Shown: positions 10,019 to 22,500 of the stretch, piece by piece | Numbering within the stretch: the stretch's first letter is position 1 | How the letters are laid out: each line of letters begins with the position of its first letter | Source: Nanobdellota archaeon | GTDB taxonomy: Archaea; Nanobdellota; Nanobdellia; Woesearchaeales; JAGWAF01 | Direction: 5' to 3' | Assembly (NCBI GenBank): GCA_038046365.1 | Contig: JBBSWF010000020.1 | Location: 14,201 to 78,200, forward strand | DNA length: 64,000 nucleotides | Position numbers and translations under genes: made by a program | The notes under the pieces: generated by a model | Databases searched by the model: none | Seen by the model: only the letters and a program-made list of their open reading frames with translations | What the model was told of the DNA's origin: nothing

Positions 10019-10020
10019 TA

Positions 10021-10384
10021 TACCCCCTCTTCCGGTGACGTAACCGTTTGCGGTACGGTCAGATGACACAATAGTCTACTGACTGAAAAACGATCAGCCA
10101 ACGACGGACTAGTCCTTCGTCGGGCGCGGTGTGGTAACTGCGCGGGCGTGATTGAACGGGGGTAGACCTGTGAAGGGTGGTAGAACAAAGTCCAAACTGT
10201 CTAGCTCTGCCAGCTATTGCGCTAGTAGCTCTTGCGTGAAAGCGAGCGAAGCGAGATTGAGCGATCTGAGTAGAATTCAGTATGGTCGCTCTGAACCGGA
10301 TGACTCGATTAGTATCGAGTATATTCAGGGGTTTGGAAACCAGGATAGCTTAGTTTTATCTGTGGCGGATATGGACTCTTTGTC
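10021..10384 (+). ncRNA. Candidate large structured non-coding RNA, family unassigned
   Basis: More than 10 nested helices including long-range pairs 10021-27/10158-64, 10189-94/10372-77, 10206-12/10363-69; non-Watson-Crick pairs are G-U on the + strand. Confidence 0.7.
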
Positions 10385-10555
10385 AAGCATAGATACTTCT
10401 CTTAATCTAACCAGAGGATCGGGGTCCTTTGATGAAAAAGGCGCGATCACCAACAGCCCTCATAATCATATCTCACTATCAAACGCGGAGACTGAAACGA
10501 ATTCTTCGGACCGCAAACAACCAAGGACAGTCTCCTCAACGAAAAAGAAGGATAG

Positions 10556-13500
10556 ATGGAAAGCCAAGACAGCTTCCAAGCCCGACAAGTAGACGAAAAC
10601 CTGGCAGAATGGGCAAGAAGCCAGGATGGAGGTAGCGAAAGCTATGCATTTACACCACCTTCTGCCCCGATCGCCTGGAGATCCCACCATAGGGAACACC
10701 TCGCAGAGGTCTTAGGCGCACAGCCAAAGGATCCGAGCAAGCTGCAGCTGGCCATCGGCGTGGTCGTGCCGCTGATGTTCATCATCGCGACAATAATGAC
10801 CCTCGCGGACCCGAGCATAACAGGACTTGTCGCTTATTCAGAGCGATCCATAATCGAACTGAACGCGACGATAACAAGCTCGAGGAATATCACGATCGGG
10901 CTAAATGACATACCAATGAGAGTGAGAGTAAGCGGAATGGCGACAGGAAACGTGTCCATCATCCATAGACCCAGCGGCAGGAAAATGTTCGAGACAGCAA
11001 GCCCAGGGATTGTGGCTCTGACAGAAGAATGCGGACAAGCCTGCGCAAGACGCGACTATTCTAGCTCGGCGGACCCGCCAAGATACAACCTCACACTCGA
11101 GGTCTCTATCGGAGAAGGAGCTGAACTGAACATAACAACTATCGGATACACTTTCACACCCGCGAACAGACAGCCATTGTTCAACAGGAAACTCGCCAAC
11201 CTCACAGCCACTGCCAAGACAACTACGAAAATAGACCTAGCAGGATACGCGAAAGACCCGGACAACGACTCCATCACTTTCATCGCCACGAACTCGATGC
11301 TGGCAGACATCGAGGTGCATGGAAGCATCCTCCAGATAATCCCCAAGAAAAATGCGACAGGCCCCACAAGGTTCGTCGTATACGCATCTGACACGAAATC
11401 GATATCAAGAGTGACAGTCAACCTCGATATCAGACAAGACATTGGCACGGACGAGGCCGCAGCGATAAACGCGCCTTTTGAAATAGAACCCGACCTAGTA
11501 GAACAAACACAACTGGAAGACGGGACGCCAGTCATAATCGAGCTTGAGGAGCCGCAAGAAGCTCTCGGAGAACTGATCAAGGCCGCAAAGATAAAAGAAG
11601 AACAGACCCTGCTTGACACAAAAACAAGCGATGAGAGAGTGAACGTGAAGAGAAGATACAAGAACATCCCGGCAGTATCCGCAGTCATGACACAGGAAGG
11701 CCTGCAAGACCTGCTGTCGAACCCGAACATCAAAGCAATCAGAGCAGACGAAGAGTTCTCAATTAGCATCACAGACGAGCTCAAACAGGTCCACGCAGAG
11801 CCGCAAGCAAGGATCATGCCCGACGGGACGCGGCTAGATGGCGAAGGCAAGACAGTATGCCTCATCGACACAGGAGTCCAGACCACCCATCCAGACCTAT
11901 TAGGAAAGGTGATCGGAGGATACAACTCAATAGACAGCCCCGAATATAGCTCGACAGACATATCTGATGACAACGGACACGGGACAGCAGTGGCAGGAAT
12001 AATCGCCGCGCCAGACGGTATCGCGCCGATGGCAATGATATTCCCAGTGAAGGCGTGCGGCAAGACCGGTTCCTGCAAAGCAAGCGCGATATTATCCGCG
12101 ATAGATGCATGCATCGGGGCAAGATCGACTCATAACATAACAGTCATCTCAGGAAGCTTCGGCGATGGATTAGCTCATACTGCAGGCGACTGCCCTGACA
12201 CGCTTGGAGCCGCGATTACCGCTGCGCACGACGCCGGGATGACCATGACATTTGCAGCTGGAAACAACGGTTACCTCGACGGAGTGAACTACCCTGCCTG
12301 CGACGGGCGAGCGATATCAGTAGGATCATCCACGCAATACGACACACCGACTAGCTTCACCAACAAAGGATCAAAGACAGACCTTCTCGCACCAGGACAG
12401 AATGTCACAACCACCATGATAGGCGGAGGATGGGGAGAAGCAAGCGGGACAAGCATCAGCACGCCATTTGCGGCAGGAGCGGCCATGATAATCGCCCAGG
12501 GGCTAGAGCTCACAGGACGGGGTGCCACCCCAGAGGACGTGAAGAACCTGCTGATGAACTACAGCGCCAAAGCGATGGGAATGCCAATGCTCGACCTGTC
12601 GGCAGCGATAGCCGCAGCGACAGGGAAGAGCGAGACACCGATTCCCATCAATGGGACACCGACAAGCCCGGCTGGAAACGAAACACAGACAATCGCAGCG
12701 GAACAACACGCAGGATCCATCCAAAAACCACCGGAGAACCAGCGGAGACTAACAGGCGGCGCCAAACCAACACCATCTTTCACACCAGCCTTGGGGAAAA
12801 CAAGCGCGCTAGTCACGAGACAGATCGAGACAGAAGGAAAAGCCGACGTCATAATCGAACTTGAACTGCCTAACATCACAATGAAAGATGGATTCGGCGT
12901 GATGTCACTCAACCAGGGCAGAGCGATGACAAAAGATGGACTTAAGGACGCAGTCGGCAGGGCACAGAGATCATCGCTAGAAGGGATGAAGACTGCCTTG
13001 AACGGAACATTCGGGACGTTATCATCTGATGAAGACATATCGATCACCGACCAGCCAGAATACTTGCCATTCATCACAGGGACCGTGAGCGCGAGCGGGC
13101 TTGAGAAACTGAAATCAACCCGATCCGTGAAAGCGATACACCCCAACCTCATCAGAGAACTGCTGCCCACAATAATAGACCCAGAGCCAAAGGCTTCATT
13201 TGACATCAGCCTCCCGACTATAGGGGCATTATACGCAAGAGATACACTAAACTACACCGGACTTGGCGTGAAAGTAGCGATAATCGACTCAGGAGTGGAT
13301 TACACGCATCCAGACCTTGGAGGATGCACACGCGACCAATTCCTCGCAGGAACATGCGCGAAAGTTCCGACTGGATACGCTTTTTGCAATGCCACCAACT
13401 GCGGAAGAGACCCCGACCCAATAGACCAATTCGGACACGGAAGCCACATCGCAGGGATCATCGGAGGCACTGGAGTAGGCGGATTAAAAGGCATAGCGCC

Positions 13501-16500
13501 GAACGCGACATTCATCGCCATCAAATCATGCAATGCGACAGGAAGCTGCCCCGACGCATCGGTCATCGCAGGCATCGACTACGCAATCTCGCATGGAGCT
13601 GACGTGATAACCATGTCGCTTGGCTCAGTGCCGATACCAAACGACGGGTTGGACGTGATCGGGCAAGCAGCATCGTCAGCAGCCATGATGTACTCAATAA
13701 CAGTGGTCGCTGCCGCAGGGAACTCCGGGCCAGGGACAGGATCTATCGCGACACCTGCCGCAGGGCAAGGCGTGCTGTCTGTTACTGCATCAAATGACGC
13801 CGGAACGGCCGCGGTGAGTGACGACACGATCGCGTCTTTCTCGGATCGAGGACCGTTAGCGTTCGGACGGTTCGGCCCAGACATCAGCGCGCCAGGAGTC
13901 AGCATAAACTCCACAGTCCCACAGACCAGTCAATGCCCGTATTCAACCGTACTGTGCTCGAATACAGGATACAAAGTCAGCTCAGGGACCTCATTTGCAA
14001 CACCACACGTCACGGGAGCCGTCGCGTTGCTGCGCGAGCAAGACAAGAACCTAACGCCCGCTGAGATAAGATCCATCCTGATGAGCAGCGCAGCGAGCAT
14101 AAGCGGGCACCCGTTCGACAAAGGAGCAGGACTCATCAACGCCACAGGCGCGCTGACTCGCGCGACAAGGATGCTAATAGACGGCGCCGAGAAAGGAAAT
14201 CTAGAATCGATAGCAGGGGAATACGCAGAGTTCAACATCACAATAGTGAACAAGGACTCCGTGTCAAGGACCATCACACTGACAGCCGAGAACATCAGCG
14301 AGCCTGATGGCAACAACTCCATAGCAGCATCGTGGGACCTGCCACTGCCATTCACAGCGCCAGGAAACAACAACACCACAGTCAGATTGAGAATGAAGAC
14401 CAACAGCGGCGCGACGCCTTCGGTATACGGGGGGACGATTATTGCCACAAGCGATCTTAGCGAGACGATGAGAACGCCATTTACGCTGACAGTCCCGCTC
14501 TATGGAGACGGAACCATCTCGATGAGGACATCAGACAGCTCCACATCGTCAAAGACCGGAGACATATTCTACTTCAAACTTATATCGCCAAACGCGAGCG
14601 GATTCACCACTTACTTATCATGGCCGGACCCGCAATACGACATGGACATGTACCTATTCTCAGAAGGCGGCCTGCTGCTGACGTACAGCGCAGGGCTTGA
14701 CGACCCTGAATGGGTTGGCGCAAGCAACATCTATGAGAAGAATTACTGGGTCGCGGCAAACTCGTATTATGTGCCATCATCAGGAATGAGCTTTGAGGTG
14801 GCGACAGCGTACAGCAGCAACCTGACTATCATACCCAACACCATCCAGGCCAGCGCGGTCGCAGGCCAGACAAAACAGATGACGTTTGCGATCAGGAACG
14901 GCCTTGGACCAAAGAACATGACCATCGCGCTGACACGCCTGCAAGACAGCGAGAGCGTCGACACGACAAGGACAGCCCCTGCAGGGGGCAATGACTACTA
15001 TTCATTCACAAGGAACGGACTTAATATATCTGGAATGAAGACCTGCGACGTAATAATCAACTGGACAGGCGGCGCTGACCTAGACCTGTCATACTACACC
15101 TCCAATGACGGCGGCTCGACAAACACGACACGCCTTCCTTCGAGCGCACATGACAACGGAGCGCTTAACCAGACACGCGAAGCATTGATCGCGCACGATG
15201 TCGGATTCATGGCCGGTTATTACAGCGAATGGGGCGTAAGGACATACAACAAGAACAATTCTGCGACACAATACAACCTCACAGTAAGATGCAAGAGCAA
15301 CAAGCCCGCTTCAGAGGCCAGCGTGTCACCATCATACATACAGACAATGAACAACAGCCAGGAAATCAACATTACAGTGAATGTAGACACAACCGATCTA
15401 GCGCCAAATTCATCCATCGCCTATATGCTCGTAGCAAGATACAATGACACACGCGAATGGGCCCATTCAGCAGTGACCCTCACAGTCGCAGCAGCCCCCG
15501 GCGTCCACGCCGCCAATGGAGAATATGACGGAGGCACGATCAACCTTAGCAACGTGGCAGACATCACGAACATACCAGATATGACACTTGAAAAGACAAC
15601 CATTGGCAGGATCAGATGGAACGGGCCAATCGACGCGCGCGACGCCAACTTCACCAGATACACCACTATAAGCGCAGGCCTGATAGCAGTGAACGCGTCT
15701 GTCCTCCACCGCAGCATAAACAGCAGCGCCAACATCACTTTCTATGGAGCATCATGCGCAGGATATAAACTGCTGACTTCCCGAGGATATATCCCAGACA
15801 AAGAGGAAGCGACAGAATCCGGAGACATATGCAACGCGACTAGCGACCCGGCCTGCAGCAGCATCGCATGCAGTGGCAACACCCTGACGTTCCAGGCAGA
15901 CCATCCCACCACATTCGCGCTGCTAAACGGAATCACCAACTCTATTATCACCACGTCAAGAATAGGAGAATCAAACCTCACCGACGCCAACATCACAGAT
16001 TCCAGGGTCAATTCATCGGACATCACACTGTCTAGCATCAAGAACGCAAGCCTAACCAGAAGCATCGTGAACCGAACGACAATCGACAACTCCACATTCA
16101 TCAAATCGAACGCGACTGGCTCCAACATAAACATCAGCAGCGTGAACAACTCTGACGTGCTCAACTCCACGCTGATCGAAGTCAACATGAAGGACTCGGT
16201 CGCGGCATGGTCATACATAGACCCGTCCAACATAACAAACTCCACAGTCAACAACAGCTTCGTTGAAGACTCTGAGATAGACAACAGCTCGATATATGAC
16301 TCAAACGCAACTAACTCCACAGTGAATGCATCGTTACTGTCTCAAGCAGACGTGCGCAACTCCACAATAAAGGGGTCGACAATACACAACACCAGCATCA
16401 ACAACTCCAGAATCGAGAACTCCACAATATCAAACGGAATCAACATCAGCTGCGGGCAGACACTCACCGAAAACATAAACCTAAGCTTCAACGTGGTCGG

Positions 16501-19500
16501 GCACACCCCATGCTACAATGCCGGCGCAGACTCAATCACAATCAACTGCAATGGATACACAGTGACAGGCACAGGCAGCGCGCCAGTCATCAATATCACA
16601 GGACGGGCAGGGGTAAATGTACTCAACTGCAACTTATTTGGAAACAACGCAATCGCGATCACAAGGTCTAACAGCAGCAGCATAACTAACGTCAGCGCAG
16701 GATGGGGAACCATCACTATCTCAGGGGCATCATCGAACAACACCCTACAGAGAGCCTCAAACATCAGCGCCCTCACCATTGGAGACGACGCGTCATACAA
16801 CCGCATGAACAACATCAGCCTATCCACACTGACAGTGAGCGGAAACTGGAACAACATCACCAACAGCAGCGTGAACCTGACCGCAACGGTCTCCGGAGCC
16901 AACAACACCATAACCGGCAGCTCAATGCAATCCGGCGGAAACATCATCACGATCAGTGGATCCGGCCACCTCATAGCCAACAACACAATAAGCGGAAACA
17001 TCGCCGCAGGACTCCTCTCATCCACCAGGATCAGCGACAACAATATGACAAACGCATGCGTGGGATCAATTGCGGCCGTGCCAAGAAATGACATCACCAT
17101 CAGCGGCAACAGGCTGCTCGCCTGCACGGGAGGCGCGGTAGCAATCAACTTCGAACCGATCCAAAACACAAACTTCACCGTCGCCAACAACCAGATACTA
17201 TCATCTGACAACCCCTTGAACCTAGTGGGCGGAAACGACTGGAAAATACTTGGCAACACATTCAACTATTCCGGCCCGATAACCCTGACAAGCTCAAATG
17301 GCACTCTATTTGCGAACAACACAGTCAACAGCCCGGTCAACGCGATAGCGATAGACATCTCCAACCTGACAGGTTCAAGCATCAGGGAGTCGACTATAGC
17401 TAACGGCAGCGAAGGAAGCATTGGGATAAGGCTGAGATCATCGATCGAGAACGGCACGATGGAGAACCTGGGGATAGACAACAACACAATCGAAGGGTTC
17501 ACCAAGTGCGTGAGCACTTCGACCGGAGAGGACTACCCCGAGAGGCTCAACGGTACAAGCATATACGGCAACAAATTCCACTCCTGCGGAATCGCGATAG
17601 AACTAGAGGCCAATGCCACAGGAGCCAGCGCAGGCGGAATGAGAATCCTACACAACCGGGTCACGTCGACTAGCACGGCGTTGAAGCTTCGGTCTGCTAG
17701 CGGAGCAAGGATCGAGAACAACGCATTCAACGCAACAGGCAACACAAGCATCCTATTGATAGACAACCTGAATGCCACTATGATAAACACAACAATCACA
17801 GGCACCCTCAATGGAATCTCGATCATAAACACCAGCGGAATTATCACCAGATACCTCCAGATATACAACGCCACCTCATGCGCAGTGCTACTAAACCGCA
17901 GCAATGGAGGAATACTAACAAACCTCACTATCAACACCACATCATCTAGCATACATATCACCGGAGGAATGAACCACACGATAAACGAGACGAACGCGCC
18001 GCACCCAGTCATCCTTGAGAACGCGTCATACAGCATCATAAACTTCACAGCGCAGGTCAACTTCACGGCCCAATCCCCAATATCGTCTATTGTGAACCTA
18101 TCAGACAACTATATCACAATAAACTCTACTCTCGCGCCGCAGTTCAACATAAGCGCCATCCTAACCGCATACGTCTCATTCAACGAAGCCGTCCCAGGAA
18201 TAGACCAAGAAGACGACGGAACATTGAGCACCTGCCCGCTGACGCGATGCACCACGATAAGCCAGACAGGGTCGATATTCGTGTTCAACGTGACCGGATT
18301 CACAAGCTATGGAGGAATATCGCCAACCCCCGGATCAGTAATCGTGAACTCCACCATAAACGGAAGCATCGTATCGAACAGCACAGTGAATAACGCGACA
18401 GTCACAAACTCGACAATCAACAGGAGCGTGATAACAAACAGCACAGTCCACAACAGCACAGCATCCAACTCCAGCATCATCAACTCCATACTTGGCAACT
18501 CCACCCTGACCAACTCCACGCTCACAGGGTCATACGCGAACGCATCGCAGATGCCGATCGCACAGATCCTAAACAGCACAATAATATCCGCTCTTGTCAA
18601 CAGAACAAACGCCGAGAATAGCTCGATTCGATTCTCCAACACCACATCATCGATAATAAATGCCTCGTCGGTCGATAACTCATCAAGTACCACAAGCAAC
18701 CTGACCACCAGTATAGTGAACCTATCCACAGTCTCAGGATCGATAATATCCAACAGCAGCGCATACTCATCTAACATCAGCGGATCAATATCGGATAATT
18801 CCACAATACACAACTCAAACCTGTCTCTATCGAACGCCAATACAAGCAATATAGACCTGTCCGGACTCTCAAATACCACCGCCTACGCTAGCAGGGTAAA
18901 CACCAGCTCGACTGCCAACGCCACCTTGATTCGAACCAACCTCACACTCGCCAACATCAGCCTGGCAACCCTCGAGAACAGCTCAGTCCAGAACAGCACC
19001 ATACTCCACGGCAGAATCACGTCATCCACCCTACTGAACTCTACTGCGAGCAACAGCACAATCACCGTGTCCAGGATAGTGACATCGATAACAGACAATT
19101 CCACGCAATTATCGACGAACCTGACGCGGAGCCTGATGAATGCCTCGGTGAGCGAGAACTCCAGGATGACAAACACAACATCAATGGCAAGCAATATCAA
19201 TTCGACAACAGCAGACAACACCACGACCGCAGACAGCCGTCTTGAACAGAGCACAACCAACACCACACGGTTGTATGGCAGCACCCTTGGCAACTCAAGC
19301 GCGATCCGGTGCATAATCAACTTGAGCCAGGCATATAACTCCACACTAGCAAACAGCACGATCCTACTAGCCACAGTAAACCTGAGCGCACTTGATAACT
19401 CGAGCGCATGGCAGTCCAACATAACGGAGAGCACAGTCAACAAATCGCTGTCAGACACGAGCTCGATCTACATGAGCGTTATAGCGAACGCACAGCTCAA

Positions 19501-22500
19501 TAACACGGTAAGCGACAACAGCACCGCGTCCAACATCAGCTCGACCAACTCGACGATAAACTCCAGCATCGCAGTTAACCTAACGTTGATCGAGTCCACG
19601 CTCATGTCTGCTAACGTCAACAGGACATACGCGCACAACATAACCGCGACCAACTCCACAATAAAGACCAGCACGATCAACAACTCCAGAGCAGAGAACA
19701 GCACGATCATAGGAAGCAACCAGACCTGGTCGGATGTCAACAACAGCGACGTGCGCAACTCGACAATCTACAGAGCGAATGTCACCGCATCTGTCGTGGC
19801 AGGAAGCACGGCCGTGAACTCCTCCATAAACCAATCCGATGTGGTGAACTGCAACCTCACAAACGTCACTGTGCACAACTCCACACTCTTTGGCGAGACG
19901 ATCATCAATGACATCGTAATCAACAGCAGGAGCCTGGCCGCATGCGGGAAGGTGATAGGGAGAGACGCTATAATGAACCAGAACATCACGTGCGACGGAG
20001 CAGCCCTCATATTCAACAGATCGAACAATAGAGTATCATGCCAGGGATTCCTGATCCAAGGAAACGGGACATCTACAGCCATAGAGATCAGATCAAAACC
20101 CAACTCAAGCGCAGACGCATGCATAATAACAAACTACTCCATCGCCATATCTGTAAATGATACAAATGACACCACCCTAACAAATATGAAGATAGACCAA
20201 AGCAGGATAGGGCTGCTAATATCCAATTCATCTAACGTCACGATCGGCAACATGACAGTGACAATGAGCACACTGGTCGGCGCGCTAATAGACCCCTCAG
20301 ACAACATAACCATAGAAAACAGCACTTTCGCCGGAGGCGTGAACCCGATCATCTTGCTAGACACCAACAACTCCAGAATAGCATTCAACCTCATAGAGAA
20401 CTCCACAGGAGGCCTGAACCTGACAAACAGCTTCAACAACCGCATCCACAACAACACCATCCGCAACAACTCAGTCAACATCAGGCTAACAAGCGGCACG
20501 GGCAACATCATATACGACAACTTCCTTAGCGACGCAAAATCATTGCACATCTTCGCCGGAGCAGGCAACAACTTCAACACCAGCGGAGCATCTGGAGGAC
20601 ATGGAAACCGGTTCGACAACACCATCGCGCTTAGGATCTACGACCAGAACGGAGACGGCTATGGGGAGAGAGGATGGGACTGGCCATACAACTCAACGAA
20701 CAATGGAACAGTCAACATAAACGTGAGTGACTTAGGTCCCATCACAAGCAGACAAGACCAGGCACCGGTGCAAGTCGGAGCGTTCAATATAGTAGAGATG
20801 ATCTCCGGCGGGACCTACAATCAGATCGACCTTGACGGAGTATTTAGCGATCCTGACGGCGATCCACTCAACTACACGGTAAGCGGAAACAACAGCCTGG
20901 GAGTCACAGTCGATGCAGTGACACACGTCGTATACATATCGGCACCAGGCAATTTCACCGGAACTCAAATAGTCACATTCATCGCCAATGACAGCATATT
21001 GGCAGTGTCCGCAGGCCTGACCATCAACGTCGCCGCAAGCGCCCCACCGCCATCCACGCCGCAAGGATCACAAGGACAAGGACTAGCCGGACCAAGCGCG
21101 GAAGATACAGCAGGAGCAGACGCGGCAGCGGCGGCAGCAGCAGCGGCTGCGGCAGCAGTGACAGCAGCGGCCCCAGCAGTGACAGCCGCAGCAGCGGCCC
21201 CAGCAGCAGCGGCCGCACCATCGCCACCCTCATCAGTATTCGCCCCGACAGTCACAGCTGAATCATTCCGAAACATGATCGAGGGCATCAAGAAGACCGA
21301 AGACACCCCTGTAGCATGCGGATACAGGACAAAAAAGACTATCGAGAAAGAGGTCGTGCCCACCAAGACCAATCTCACGCAAGTGAAGCTGCCAGAAGGA
21401 TACAAAATGGCCACCGACCCGTTCACGTTAAGCTGCGACGGCGACTCGCTAGACCTCACACTGAACGTGCCTGCCGGATTCACAGATCTCAAAGCGCTCA
21501 GGTGCAAGAAAGACGGCTGCACCAACATCATTGAGAAAGAGGTAACCACAAAAGAGCTTGTATGCGGAGGCAAAACAGTCACCCAGATCAGACAAGAGGA
21601 GATCACGCAGCGCAAAGAGTCGCTGGCGCTAGAAGACCTCGGAGTGATAATCGAAGAAGGAACGACAATCACAAATGCAAAGAGAGCGATCCAGAGCGGC
21701 AAGAACAGGCTCGAGTTCACAAGAGAGATTCGCGTGCCATTCCAAGCGAAGATATCATCTCCAAAAAGCTCCGTTCCTTTGCCGAAGAACCCGAGCGCGG
21801 CGATAATCGGAACGCCGCTGGAGGTGACACTGCGCAATGCGCAAGGGCCGCTCGCGGCAAGGATCACACTGCCATACATCAAACCCGAGAACTACGACCA
21901 GGACAGCTTCGCAATATTCGCCCTAACAGATGGAGAATGGGAATACATTGAGAGCAGCACACGCGATGAGAACAACCAGAAGATCAGCGCGGAGACAAAC
22001 GACCTCCTCAAATACGTCCGAAACGGAGTCGCGCAATTCGCAGTCATCGGAACAGGATGCGCGGCATGCCAACAATCCAAACTAGCACACACATACTCGC
22101 ATGAAGGCGCGCGCGCAGCCATAATACTGCTACATGGATTCGCATCAAGCCCAAAGACATGGCAATTCCTAATAGACGAAATAGCGCTTACAAACCAGCC
22201 ATACCAAGTATACACATTCGAGTTTAGCGCATCAAGGCCGATGATGACAACAACCCGCGAATTCATGGACCTGATGGAGCTTGAGAGCGGACAATTCGAC
22301 ACAGCATACATCGTCGCCCACAGCCTTGGAGGGTTGATCACACAAGAAGCCCTCCACCAGTCAGAACTCGCAGGCACCAAATACACATGGCTTCCAAAAG
22401 TCAAGAAAGTCGTGCTCATAGGAACGCCTAATGACGGCACCCCTGGAGTTGACGTGTTCCAAAACCTGTTCCAGAGCCTTGTGAATGAGAAGAGCGTCTT

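Noticed and set aside
10021-10384. RNase P RNA, SRP RNA or self-splicing intron identity
   Set aside because: AAAGTCC is present, but the full GAGGAAAGUCC context, its 3' partner, the SRP helix-8 motif and intron core motifs could not be found by eye; left unassigned.
10152-10592. 146-aa ORF across the structured region
   Set aside because: TTG start, Ser-rich low-information sequence, no recognisable motif; better explained as non-coding structure.
21110-21225. GCA/GCG-rich tandem tract
   Set aside because: Encodes the in-frame Ala/Pro linker of the giant protein; no separate function is evident.
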